Source: Eubacteriales bacterium (GTDB taxonomy: Bacteria > Bacillota > Clostridia > Oscillospirales > QAKW01). From it: a DNA stretch of 44,891 nucleotides. The position numbers and the translations under genes were made by a program. This document shows, one piece after another, positions 26,249-35,578 of the stretch (position 1 is the stretch's first letter; the number at the start of each line of letters is the position of its first letter). The notes under the pieces are model-generated. The model searched no databases, was not told where the DNA came from, and saw only the letters and a program-made list of their open reading frames with translations. The stretch spans positions 1 through 44,891 of the forward strand of contig JAZMZQ010000088.1 in the NCBI GenBank assembly GCA_045586045.1, in the 5' to 3' direction.

Positions 26249-28258
26249 TCAAAATAGGTTTTTTAGATCAATATCTGCCATGAAGGTTGCGACGTAGGAC
26301 ATGGTGAGATGGAAGAGAGAGGTATTCCATTTGGTGTCTTTTCCCCAGCCTTCAAAGGTGGTGGTGCCGCCCTCGCGCAGGATTCGTTTCCAAGCGCCAT
26401 CATTCAAAAGGCATTCTTTGATCAGATCAAACCGATCATTTTTTGCCAATCCCATCAGCACGGGGAAGGTGCAGAAAAGGGAGAGGGAATGGATGCCATG
26501 CTCCAAAAGGAGGGCGATGAAATTTTGCTTGAAGGATTCATCATCGCAAAGATCAAAGCCAAAGACAAAGCTATTGCCTACCAAGCTGATATGGTCGGTT
26601 CGCTCTCCATCCTTAAAAAGCTTTTCCTTTTCATCAAAAAAGGTTTGATGAAAAGCGGAAAGAAGGGGCCCTTCATCGCGGTATCGGGGCTCACCTAAAA
26701 GGGTGGCGATGCGATTGGCGGTGCGGATGGCGGAAAGATAATAGGCATTGAGGGAAACATGCGCCTCATAGCAAAATTCCCCTTCTTTGATTTTCACATC
26801 ATAGCCATGGCGGAAATTTTGGGGCCATTCCACAACGCTCCAGCGGTCGAAGGCACGCAAAACCCCATCCTTTTCATATTCCCGCCGATAGGCCTCCAGC
26901 AATTTTACAACCTTTTTATAATTTTCTTTTAGATAGGCTTGATCTTGGGTAAGGTTATAATGCCATAATACCAGATAGACCAAAATCAGCGGAAATTCTG
27001 CAATCTCCTGCATAAAGGAGCAATCCATGCAGGTAACCAGCGTGTCGGAAATAAAATCGGTGGCGAAAGCATCATCGATTAGTTTTCTTACCATGGAATC
27101 ATCTTGGGTTAAAATCATGTTGGTAAGAGCGGTATAGCAACCATCCCCCAGATAAAAGCCCTTTTCTCGCTCCATGCAATCCTGAATCACTTCCTGCACA
27201 CCGTATTTCAAGGTGTTGACGCAAAGATTCCAAATCTTTTGAAGATCTTCATCCTCTGCATATTCGGGCTTCAAAGCAGCTTTCAATTCAAAGGGATAAT
27301 GGCGAGCGGAAAGGGAGAGCCCCTCTATGGCAACGCCCTTTGGGAAAATCAGCTCCGCATAGCGGAAAGATTTATAATCAAACCAATCTAAGAGGCTTTC
27401 TCCATCGGCAAGAATCCATTCTTCTTCATATTTGCAGTTGGCTCGCAGCTCATAGCGTAGGCTGCCATCTTCATTTAATTCCTGCCCGCAGCGCACCATA
27501 ATAATATCACCCTTTTTGCCTTTTGCACGGGCCATAAGATAGCCCACATAGCAGCTGCCGAAATCGCAAAGGATGTGCGTTTCAGATCGCTCAAGCTGCG
27601 TGGGGAGGATGGTTTCAAAAACCAAAGATTTGCTCTTCTGCTCTGCTAAAATATGATCGCTGAATTGGCTTATTTTTGCATTTTCCCAAGCGCTGTCGTT
27701 ATAATCAAAGTTCTCGAAGCCAACTTCCGGAGCGTTTGAATCGTATCGCTCCAAAAATTGGGTTTGATATCCGCAGGTGCCGGTCTCGGTATAGCTGCTG
27801 TGGGGTGCGGTTTTGAAGGTTTCATCGCTTGAAAGGATGATTTTTCCATCCTGCTCCAGATCGAGAATCAAGCCATGGCGATGGTCGCCGCTTTGCCATA
27901 CTCGATTGATCAGGCCTTGATAAAGGGTATGAACAGCGATGTTGTTTTCTCCTTCTTGAAGATGGGCGCTGATATCAATCACATTATAGTTGTATTGAAA
28001 ATGGTAGGATGGCGCAGGCCCTTGGGCCACAAATCGCCCGTTGATATAGAGCTTATAATAATCATCGGCCGAGATATATAGCGTTGCCTGCTCGCCTAAA
28101 GCATCCAAACGGAATTTCTTGCGGAATAAGATATGGCGGTTGCGATGCTCCTCGCAGGGCAGATCCATCGGCTCCAGCTGCCGATGAAAGACATTGCGGG
28201 GTGGGAGTGCTGCAAATTCTGAGTCGGTGATCCATTTTCCGATAAATTGATGAGCCAT
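26249..28258 (-). CDS. Alpha-L-rhamnosidase-like (GH78-type) six-hairpin glycosidase
   Basis: N-terminus FIGKWITDSEF...ILFRKKFRL...ATLYISADDYYKLYINGRFVAQGP is typical of bacterial rhamnosidase N-domains. ATG 28258 with GGAGAA upstream, 1 nt after the preceding stop. Confidence 0.55.
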   Translation of the reverse strand: MAHQFIGKWITDSEFAALPPRNVFHRQLEPMDLPCEEHRNRHILFRKKFRLDALGEQATLYISADDYYKLYINGRFVAQGPAPSYHFQYNYNVIDISAHLQEGENNIAVHTLYQGLINRVWQSGDHRHGLILDLEQDGKIILSSDETFKTAPHSSYTETGTCGYQTQFLERYDSNAPEVGFENFDYNDSAWENAKISQFSDHILAEQKSKSLVFETILPTQLERSETHILCDFGSCYVGYLMARAKGKKGDIIMVRCGQELNEDGSLRYELRANCKYEEEWILADGESLLDWFDYKSFRYAELIFPKGVAIEGLSLSARHYPFELKAALKPEYAEDEDLQKIWNLCVNTLKYGVQEVIQDCMEREKGFYLGDGCYTALTNMILTQDDSMVRKLIDDAFATDFISDTLVTCMDCSFMQEIAEFPLILVYLVLWHYNLTQDQAYLKENYKKVVKLLEAYRREYEKDGVLRAFDRWSVVEWPQNFRHGYDVKIKEGEFCYEAHVSLNAYYLSAIRTANRIATLLGEPRYRDEGPLLSAFHQTFFDEKEKLFKDGERTDHISLVGNSFVFGFDLCDDESFKQNFIALLLEHGIHSLSLFCTFPVLMGLAKNDRFDLIKECLLNDGAWKRILREGGTTTFEGWGKDTKWNTSLFHLTMSYVATFMADIDLKNLF

Positions 28259-28259
28259 T

Positions 28260-29462
28260 TTAGTTCTCCATTTCAAACATCCGAAAAACAGGCGGGTTTT
28301 TCCCGTCCGGAATCGGCATTTTATAAGATGCGCAAAGGAATTCTCCATCGAAAGAAAGGCGATAGGTCAACTGCCGCCCGCAAGGATCCTGGAGGGTTCT
28401 TCCCTTATAGGTCAGCCTGCCGTCTGCTTCGATTTTTGCAATTCCCAAGCCTTGGCAATCCAAATTAAAGAGCAAATGATCTCTTGCCACGCAAAGGAAC
28501 GATGGGGCAGGATCTCCTGCGATGACGCCGATGAATTTCGGCTTATCGGCATCGGGAAGGGGGAGATGGTAATGCTCCTCATTGAGCCGATCGTGAGGGC
28601 CGTAGACGATTCCTCTTTGATCAAAGCGGCTCCAGTCCACGCTCTTATATTGCTCTCGAAAAAGATGGTTGCCGGGGGAGACCCCGCCATAAACAAAGCT
28701 TCCCTTTGCCGCAAGACCGAAAACCTTATTTTTTTCAACCGATTGGGCATCCTTCATATGGGGGATCGCTGCGGGGCTCAGCTCGCAGCAGGGGCAGACG
28801 GTATTCTCTTCCAAATCATAGGTATAGGTGGTGATACAATAGCGATAGGAGGCGAAGGCGATATTGATTTTCCCCGCCTCTTTTTCAAAGACTGTGCTGT
28901 TTTGAAATTCTCTTGTGCGGGTTCTGCGGGGCTTTTCAATCTCGATATGCCGATATAGGCAGGTGAGGATCTGATCATTCTCGGTGAGCTTATAGATATA
29001 AAAACCATGGAAGTGGAGAGAGACGATTAAAAGATCCTTATACCGCGTAATATTGGTAACCTTATTTTCAAAATCCAATTCCCGAACAGGCTCAAGGGTT
29101 TCTTTATCGAGGATCGAAATTCTGCCCACAACGACGCCATCCGCCATATTGGTAACTCCGCCGCTTGAATCCCGCAGGGAGATGGCAAGATATTGCCCAA
29201 GATCCACCATGGCGGTGGCATGAGCGCAACCTTTGCGGATAAAATCCGCCTTGCTTTCTTTGGTGATATCGGATTTTTTCAAAAGCTTTGGATTTTTAGG
29301 GTCGCAGATATCATATTTGCAAAGGATGGTGCCGCCCATCAAATAGAGGATGCTGCCCTCTTTCAAGGAAAAGTTTGTTGCAATTTTCCGGTTTCCGTTG
29401 AATTCTTCAAAGATGCCTTCCTCATAGCAGGGAGAAAGCTCTAAATAGGGCTTAAAAATCAT
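28260..29462 (-). CDS. Hypothetical 400-aa protein (possibly beta-propeller-like)
   Basis: Clean ORF with GGAGGA upstream of ATG 29462, in an operon with the GH78-like gene. No motif recognised. Confidence 0.5.
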   Translation of the reverse strand: MIFKPYLELSPCYEEGIFEEFNGNRKIATNFSLKEGSILYLMGGTILCKYDICDPKNPKLLKKSDITKESKADFIRKGCAHATAMVDLGQYLAISLRDSSGGVTNMADGVVVGRISILDKETLEPVRELDFENKVTNITRYKDLLIVSLHFHGFYIYKLTENDQILTCLYRHIEIEKPRRTRTREFQNSTVFEKEAGKINIAFASYRYCITTYTYDLEENTVCPCCELSPAAIPHMKDAQSVEKNKVFGLAAKGSFVYGGVSPGNHLFREQYKSVDWSRFDQRGIVYGPHDRLNEEHYHLPLPDADKPKFIGVIAGDPAPSFLCVARDHLLFNLDCQGLGIAKIEADGRLTYKGRTLQDPCGRQLTYRLSFDGEFLCASYKMPIPDGKNPPVFRMFEMEN

Positions 29463-29529
29463 TTTTTATCCTCCGTTTATAAATTGAGTATATTATAACA
29501 AAAAAGGGTAAAGATGGCAAGACCGGGAG

Positions 29530-30516
29530 TCATTTGAATGTAACGGCTCCTTTGATAAAGTTATCTCTATGAGATTCCATATCGAAATTTCCCTGATCAA
29601 ATTCTTCCGCTGAATAGATATGATTGGTAACGCCGGTGAATTTCCACTGGCCGCTTGATAAAAGCTTTAAGGCTCGTTCTACCAAAGTTGCTTCATAGTC
29701 TATTCTTCTTTCGTGGCAGTTAAACATTTTAGCGGCTTTCATATTGAGAAGCTTAAAATCAAGGGTTCGGGCATAATCATTATGATAGCCGGCGATGCCC
29801 AATGTGCCATGAGCGCAGACCATTTCTCCCGCTAATTGAAGGGCATCCTCTGTCCCGGCAAATTCCACAACCGTTTGAAATCCTAAGCCGAATATGTCGG
29901 TAGTATGCCCGTCTCTTTTAAGATCCGGCTTTTTCCAGTTGCTCCAATTCAATTTGTAATTTTCGGGCAATGTTTCGGGGGTATAAATCTCTGTGGCACC
30001 AAATCTTTTTGCATTTTCCAAGGCAATGGGGCGTTTATCAACTGCCACAATTTCTGCATAGCCTCTTGCTTTTAATAAAGAGATCAGACCAAGGCCCATA
30101 TAGCCGCAACCTACCACGGCGATCCGATCGCCGATTTTTCCGGTGTCGATTCTCTCTGCCACGCTCATGATGCAGGCAAGGGGTTCACCGATTGCATCTT
30201 CGGATCGAAGATTTTCAGGAACCGTGAAGGTTTTATGAGGTTCCATGACGATATATTCTTTATAGCCTCCTCCGCCTAAGCCCGTTACTCGGTCGCCGAT
30301 GGAAAAGCCGCTCACATTTTTTCCCAGCTTTTCAATCACGCCCACAGATTCATGACCGAAAGTATCCCCTTTTTTCGCAATAGACCAAGGATACCATTCG
30401 GAATGGCACATCCCTGTATAAATCACTTTGACTAAAAGTTGATCCTCATTGATCTTGGGTTTTTCCACCTCAATGATCTTACTTTTTTTGGGTCCTTCCA
30501 TGATAAGTTGTTTCAT
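29530..30516 (-). CDS. Zinc-dependent alcohol/polyol dehydrogenase (MDR family)
   Basis: GMCHSEWYPW zinc motif and VVGCGYMGLG Rossmann motif. ATG 30516 with AAGGAG 8 nt upstream (the ORF opens at 30555). Confidence 0.8.
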   Translation of the reverse strand: MKQLIMEGPKKSKIIEVEKPKINEDQLLVKVIYTGMCHSEWYPWSIAKKGDTFGHESVGVIEKLGKNVSGFSIGDRVTGLGGGGYKEYIVMEPHKTFTVPENLRSEDAIGEPLACIMSVAERIDTGKIGDRIAVVGCGYMGLGLISLLKARGYAEIVAVDKRPIALENAKRFGATEIYTPETLPENYKLNWSNWKKPDLKRDGHTTDIFGLGFQTVVEFAGTEDALQLAGEMVCAHGTLGIAGYHNDYARTLDFKLLNMKAAKMFNCHERRIDYEATLVERALKLLSSGQWKFTGVTNHIYSAEEFDQGNFDMESHRDNFIKGAVTFK

Positions 30517-30528
30517 ATTTTTTCTCCT

Positions 30529-30553
30529 TAGGGAGACAGGACTCGAACCTGCC
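30529..30553 (-). other. tRNA 3'-end-like remnant (T-arm plus 3' acceptor strand), not a complete tRNA
   Basis: Minus strand GGCAGGTTCGAGTCCTGTCTCCCTA: GCAGG / CCTGT stem around the canonical TTCGAGT loop. No matching D-arm, anticodon arm or 5' acceptor upstream. Confidence 0.5.
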
Positions 30554-30565
30554 ATCTTATAAATA

Positions 30566-30592
30566 GGGGACGGTTGATGAAAACACGTCCCC
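30566..30592 (-). terminator. Hairpin after the ROK kinase gene
   Basis: GGGGACG ... CGTCCCC with a 13-nt loop, followed by TATTTAT on the minus strand. Confidence 0.5.
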
Positions 30593-30597
30593 AGTAT

Positions 30598-31488
30598 TTA
30601 GTCTTTTATAAATGCTGCTCCATAGAGGGGCGAAAGATCTTTAAGAGCCGCTTTTTTGATGATGGGCAGAGTATCAGTCATATAGCAATGGCTTTTGATA
30701 TACACCATCAAAGGAGTCAGATAAAGCTCCTCTTGCTCGCTTAAGCCGCCGCTGAAGAGCAGGCAGTCGGGGGAGAGCAGATTGATGATGGAAACAAGGC
30801 CACGCCCCAGCATTTCAATGGCATCGGCGATTGCTTTTTGAGCAATCTCATTGCCGCTTTTGGCTTCATTGAAAAGATCGGCGGCGGTTTTACCATCGCC
30901 CAAAAGCTCTTTGGCGGTAATATCCAATCCACCGCCTGCGCAATATTTTTCCAAGCAGCCGCGCTTGCCGCAGCCGCAAGGTCTGCCCCCTTCTACCACA
31001 GGCAGATGGCCAAGCTCCCCTGCGCAGCCCAATGCGCCGCCATAGATCTTGCCATCCAAGACAATGCCGGTTCCGATGCCGGTGCCGAGGGTAACGCATA
31101 CCACCGCCTTTGCGCCGATGCCGCCGCCGCAAAGATATTCGCCCCAAGCGGCAGCTCTTGAATCCTGCACAAAGCAGACGGGGGTTTTCAGTTCCGCTTC
31201 CAGCTTTTCTGCAAGATCATTGGAGAGCAGGCTGATATTGGGCGCTTTTAAGATCTTCTTACCATCGGCGCTTACTGTGCCGGGAATGCCGATGCCCATA
31301 GAGAGAATCTCTTTGGAATCGATATGATTCTCTTGGCAAAGGGTTTCTACAACGCTCTTAATGTATGCGGGCAGATCGGTAATCTCCGCAATATAGCCCT
31401 TTTTGCTTGCAAGGAGTTTTTTTGTATCGGCTGAAAAGAGGCCGATGTTGATTTTGGTGCCGCCGATATCAATACCGATTTTGACCAT
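30598..31488 (-). CDS. ROK-family sugar kinase
   Basis: MVKIGIDIGGTKINIGLF ATP-binding start, GELGH, and CGCGKRGCLEKY zinc motif. The start overlaps the rpiB stop by 1 nt. Confidence 0.85.
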   Translation of the reverse strand: MVKIGIDIGGTKINIGLFSADTKKLLASKKGYIAEITDLPAYIKSVVETLCQENHIDSKEILSMGIGIPGTVSADGKKILKAPNISLLSNDLAEKLEAELKTPVCFVQDSRAAAWGEYLCGGGIGAKAVVCVTLGTGIGTGIVLDGKIYGGALGCAGELGHLPVVEGGRPCGCGKRGCLEKYCAGGGLDITAKELLGDGKTAADLFNEAKSGNEIAQKAIADAIEMLGRGLVSIINLLSPDCLLFSGGLSEQEELYLTPLMVYIKSHCYMTDTLPIIKKAALKDLSPLYGAAFIKD

Positions 31489-31934
31489 TAGAATTCTCCT
31501 TGCTCAATGGCGGTGATCATATCAATTCTGGTTTGATGGCGGCCGCCTTCATATTCCGTGTTGATAAATGCATCTACGATGGTCTCTGCTGTTGCTTGCC
31601 CTACCACTCTTGCGCCGAAGGCGATGATATTGGCATTATTATGCTGGCGGGTCAGCTTGGCAGAATAGCTTTCGGAGCAAACGGCCGCGCGGATGCCTTT
31701 TACCTTATTGGCAGCAAGGGAGATGCCGATGCCGGTGCCGCAGATTAAGATGCCACGCTCACATTCTCCGCTTGCCACTGCATCTGCCACCTTTTTTCCA
31801 TAGATGGGATAGTCGCACCGCTCTTCAGAGTCGGTGCCGAAATTGATGATTTCATGACCTTGCTCTTCAAGGTATTTGGTAATATGATTTTTCATTTCGA
31901 CCGCAGTATGGTCGTTGCCGATTGCAATTTTCAT
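31488..31934 (-). CDS. rpiB: Ribose-5-phosphate isomerase B / LacAB-family sugar-phosphate isomerase
   Basis: MKIAIGNDHTAVEMK..., ILICGTGIGISLAANKVKGIRAA, SRQHNNANI-type block. 148 aa. Confidence 0.85.
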   Translation of the reverse strand: MKIAIGNDHTAVEMKNHITKYLEEQGHEIINFGTDSEERCDYPIYGKKVADAVASGECERGILICGTGIGISLAANKVKGIRAAVCSESYSAKLTRQHNNANIIAFGARVVGQATAETIVDAFINTEYEGGRHQTRIDMITAIEQGEF

Positions 31935-31945
31935 GGTCTTTCTCC

Positions 31946-32935
31946 TTATTTAATGATATAGGGCTCCATATCGTCGGGGGCTTCAAAATCTACCATGGCC
32001 TTCATATATTGGCCGTATTTGGTTTCAAGCTCTGCTTGAGCCTGATCGAATTTTGCAAAAGGATATACCTTGGTGGGCACATTCTTGAAATTCCAGCTGC
32101 CGTCCTTGAGCATCCGAATGGCATTCTCGCAAGCGGTTCTGCAGATATCGGTCTCTCTGGGATGGGTGGAGAGGCAATCAATGGCCTTCACATTCAGCTG
32201 CTGAATATCCACCAGCCGTTTGCCGCCGGTATGATAAGCGCCGATGGCAAGCTGGCCGCACATTCTGGTCATCCGAATGGCAAGATCCAAGGATTCATTG
32301 GTCTCGCCCCATTCCATAACAGTATAGAAGCCAAGGCCTTCGGTTTTGAATTTGAGGCCCTTGCCGGGAACATCAAAATATTCTTCGGGCAGCTCATCGG
32401 GGGTATAAACCTCATCGGCGCCAAACCGCTTTGCATCTTCAAGGCATTCCTTGCGGATATCAACGGCAACTACATAAGCCCCTCTTGCCTTCAAAAGGGA
32501 GATGGCGCCGCAACCCATATAGCCGCAACCCACTACTGCAACCCGATCTCCGATCACAGGGATCTTCACCTTGCTCACCGCGCTATAGAGGCAGGCGATT
32601 GGCTCTAAAATGGCATCGGAATCGCTGAGCTTTTCGGGCAAGGTAAAGACATCCTCGGCATCGGCAATTACATATTCACTTTTTCCGGAATAAAGGCCGC
32701 TTACCCGATCACCAACCTTCACATTGGTAACCTCATCGCCAACAGCGATAACGGTTCCGATGGGCTCATGGCCAAATTGCTTGCCCTCTCTGGCGGTAGA
32801 CCAATCATAATGCTCGCTCATGCAAACCCCGCAGAAACGATTTTTGATCAAAACCTCGTTGCTCTTTTGAATTTCGGGGATGGGCGCATCGATGATCTCG
32901 GCGCATTTAGGACCTTTCATAACCAGTGATTTCAT
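31946..32935 (-). CDS. Zinc-dependent alcohol/polyol dehydrogenase (MDR family), second copy
   Basis: GVCMSEHYDW and VVGCGYMGCG motifs. ATG 32935 lies 6 nt after GGAGGTG (the track start at 32944 is GTG). Confidence 0.8.
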   Translation of the reverse strand: MKSLVMKGPKCAEIIDAPIPEIQKSNEVLIKNRFCGVCMSEHYDWSTAREGKQFGHEPIGTVIAVGDEVTNVKVGDRVSGLYSGKSEYVIADAEDVFTLPEKLSDSDAILEPIACLYSAVSKVKIPVIGDRVAVVGCGYMGCGAISLLKARGAYVVAVDIRKECLEDAKRFGADEVYTPDELPEEYFDVPGKGLKFKTEGLGFYTVMEWGETNESLDLAIRMTRMCGQLAIGAYHTGGKRLVDIQQLNVKAIDCLSTHPRETDICRTACENAIRMLKDGSWNFKNVPTKVYPFAKFDQAQAELETKYGQYMKAMVDFEAPDDMEPYIIK

Positions 32936-33022
32936 GGGAAACACCTCCGTTTTTAAATTTTTCTTTACTCTTATGCTAACACCGAGAAGAAAAAAACAAA
33001 ATGCAAAAAAGCCATTTATTTT

Positions 33023-33051
33023 TTGACAAAACCGACTTTTTATGGTAATAT
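33023..33051 (+). promoter_or_regulatory. Sigma-A-type promoter of the AraC gene
   Basis: TTGACA (33023-33028), 17-nt spacer, TGgTAATAT extended -10 (33043-33051). It covers the track's ATG at 33042. Confidence 0.6.
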
Positions 33052-33083
33052 CAAATTGCAGATATCAGGAAAGGGGCGCCTTT

Positions 33084-33815
33084 ATGAATACCCGCTATTG
33101 CAATCAATCCAAAACCTATCGATCCTTCGATGCCCATCACCATCCCGATTCATGGGAAATTTCCTTGCAGATTCAAGGGAAAATGGTGGTTACTATCGGA
33201 GAAAACCAATATCATATCGGGGAAAATGATATTCGCGTGGTTCCGCCGGGACTTTCTCATTCGGGGTGCTCCGAGGAGGATTGCGCCGATATCTTTTTGG
33301 TGGTAAAAAATTTGGATTTTTCCGATGTTATTATCACCCATGATTATGATGGAAATATCCGAAAACTGATGGAGATTTTAAATAAGGTTACCACCGAGCG
33401 GGAAAAGAATTACGAGCTGATCGCCGATACGCTGACCGATGCCATTAGCGAGTATATCAAGCGGTATCAGGGGGGCGGATATAAATATGAATTTACCGTC
33501 GATTTTAAGAATCGGCTCTTTGAGAATATCGGCAATCCCGATTTTGAGATTGCAAAGGAAATTAAAAAAATCGGCTTTAATGCCGATTATTTCAGAAAAT
33601 GCTTTCGGACAGATTTCAAAAAATCGCCTCTTGAATATCTTATGAGCCTGCGGATGAATCTTGCAAAAAAGCTTTTGCGGCAGATTCCCTTTCAGGGGAT
33701 AGAAAGCATCGCAAATCAATGCGGATTTCGGGATATCTACTATTTCTCCAAAGCCTTCAAAAAACAGATCGGTTGCTCCCCCAGCCACTACCGCAGGGAG
33801 CATACCGCTCTTTAA
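33084..33815 (+). CDS. AraC-family regulator (cupin-type sensor + HTH)
   Basis: The N-terminal half has a cupin-like pattern (WEISLQIQGKMVVTIG...VVPPGLSH). C-terminus IESIANQCGFRDIYYFSKAFKKQIGCSPSHYR. AGGAAAGGGG lies upstream of ATG 33084. Confidence 0.8.
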   Translation: MNTRYCNQSKTYRSFDAHHHPDSWEISLQIQGKMVVTIGENQYHIGENDIRVVPPGLSHSGCSEEDCADIFLVVKNLDFSDVIITHDYDGNIRKLMEILNKVTTEREKNYELIADTLTDAISEYIKRYQGGGYKYEFTVDFKNRLFENIGNPDFEIAKEIKKIGFNADYFRKCFRTDFKKSPLEYLMSLRMNLAKKLLRQIPFQGIESIANQCGFRDIYYFSKAFKKQIGCSPSHYRREHTAL

Positions 33816-33816
33816 A

Positions 33817-33857
33817 AATAGCAAAAAGCAGGCCGGAAAGACCTGCTTTTTGCTATT
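33817..33857. terminator. Bidirectional terminator shared by the AraC gene and spoIVB remnant D
   Basis: AATAGCAAAAAGCAGG ccggaaaga CCTGCTTTTTGCTATT. The right arm touches the remnant's stop codon. Confidence 0.8.
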
Positions 33858-33978
33858 CACTTGCGTAAGAGCATATTTTCAATAAAGATGCCTATTTTCG
33901 GGGTTCCTGCGCCGATGAGCTTGCCGTTTTGCAAAATGGGGCTGCCGCTCACGGGTGTGTCCATATAGGGCCAACAAA
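33857..33978 (-). pseudogene. spoIVB 3'-end remnant D (most decayed) plus shared junction
   Basis: Minus strand reads [30 protein letters not shown]. 24 nt shorter than the live gene end. Positions 33952-33977 match the junction next to remnant C (24 of 29 by hand). Confidence 0.75.
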
Positions 33979-34010
33979 TCAATCATAGAATCGTCCTCTG
34001 ATTGTTTTTG

Positions 34011-35567
34011 TCATATCCGGAAGGGGGAAAAATTGCCGAAGGGGATCTCCCCGGTGGCAGCACGGACAAATGCCTTCACACTGGGCGACAGCATGGAGTA
34101 GGCATTGACATAGGTGTACGCGCGCTCAAAATACTGATTGCCGAAGTAGGGCGAGCCAAAGGAGACCACTACGGTCTTCTCCACCGCTGTTTGCAGGGAT
34201 TTTGCGATCTTTATTGCTTCCACTCCTTGAAAGTCTAAAAATCCTATGGGACGATAGGAACGGGAAAATAGGGCATACAGCACCAGATCGCTTGCTTCCA
34301 TTTCTTCCGGTGTAGGAACGGCATTTTTATAGGTTACAGCAAAGCCCTTGCTTTCCAGTTCTCTACAAAGAAGCTCCGCTTCCTGCAGCGCAGGCTCGTA
34401 ATGGGTTACGGGGATCACCAGAACATTTTTCGTTTTTTCGGGGCTTAAGGGGAACTGATGGTTTTGATCTTTGATGAGGGTGACGGATTTCTCTGCGGTC
34501 TCCTGTTGCACGGAATCGACAAACATGGTATCTTCTTTTGTCAGCATCACGGCATGATTATCTTTTTTGAACAGGCCCATCTTTTCCTTAACATTGAGGA
34601 TGCGGTTGACTGCGTCGTCCAGCCGCTCCATGGAGATGTAGCCGTTTTCCACAGCCTTCACCATATCGTCTACATAGTGTTCTTCGGGCCACAGCATCAT
34701 ATCGCAGCCCGCCTTGAAGCTTTCGATCTGGGATTGGCGCTTGGTCTTGTACCAGCCAAGGAAGCCGCCCATGGCCAGCGCATCGGTAACGACGATGCCT
34801 TTGAAGCCCATTTCCTTTTTCAGCAGATTCTCGATCAACTCGCCGGAAAGGGTGGCGGGCAGAGGCAGACCGTTGCTGTGAAGCTGACGCTGGTAGGCGG
34901 GCAGGGTGATATGACCGGGCATGATGCTCATTACACCACTGTCAATCAGATCCTGAAACACCTTTCCGTGAAGCTGCTTCCACTCATGCATGGACAGGGT
35001 ATTGGCGGTGGTAACGATGTGCTGATCCCGATAGTCCACACCGTCGCCGGGGAAGTGCTTGGCGCAAGCAGCAAGCCCGTTTTCCTGCATGCCCTTGATC
35101 ACGGCGCTCAGCATTTTGGAGGCAAGCTGAGGATCGTCGGTGAGGGAGCGTACATTGATTAGTGGGTTGCGGGGGTTGGTCAGCAGATCGCATACGGGCG
35201 AGAGACTCCAGTTTGCACCGATGGACCGTGCCTCCATGGCAGTTGCCTTGCCATAATCGTAGGCAAGGCGGGGATCGTTGGTGGCACCAAGTCCGGAAAG
35301 ATAGGGCAGGGGCGTTAGCCCCTTGACCATGCTGCCGCAGCCGTTTTCAAAGTCAGAGGTAATCAACAAGGGGATATCCGCGTTGTCAATATATCGGGAA
35401 ATGGTTTCTCGGGCTTTTTCAAGGGGCGTGTCCTCCGCCTCTGTAATGATCTCGCCGCCAATGAACAGAGCGCCCACTTTGTCCTCCACAAAAACATCTT
35501 TTTTGTGGCGCAGCACGACGGTCTGCAGGATCTTCTCCCGCAGAGAAAGATCTGAAAGTTTCATCAT
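34011..35567 (-). CDS. Glycoside hydrolase family 3 (NagZ-like beta-N-acetylhexosaminidase type)
   Basis: KHFPGDG and GFKGIVVTDALAMGG (nucleophile Asp context), with a GH3 two-domain length. AGGAGG lies upstream. Confidence 0.8.
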   Translation of the reverse strand: MMKLSDLSLREKILQTVVLRHKKDVFVEDKVGALFIGGEIITEAEDTPLEKARETISRYIDNADIPLLITSDFENGCGSMVKGLTPLPYLSGLGATNDPRLAYDYGKATAMEARSIGANWSLSPVCDLLTNPRNPLINVRSLTDDPQLASKMLSAVIKGMQENGLAACAKHFPGDGVDYRDQHIVTTANTLSMHEWKQLHGKVFQDLIDSGVMSIMPGHITLPAYQRQLHSNGLPLPATLSGELIENLLKKEMGFKGIVVTDALAMGGFLGWYKTKRQSQIESFKAGCDMMLWPEEHYVDDMVKAVENGYISMERLDDAVNRILNVKEKMGLFKKDNHAVMLTKEDTMFVDSVQQETAEKSVTLIKDQNHQFPLSPEKTKNVLVIPVTHYEPALQEAELLCRELESKGFAVTYKNAVPTPEEMEASDLVLYALFSRSYRPIGFLDFQGVEAIKIAKSLQTAVEKTVVVSFGSPYFGNQYFERAYTYVNAYSMLSPSVKAFVRAATGEIPFGNFSPFRI

Positions 35568-35578
35568 TTACCTCCTGA

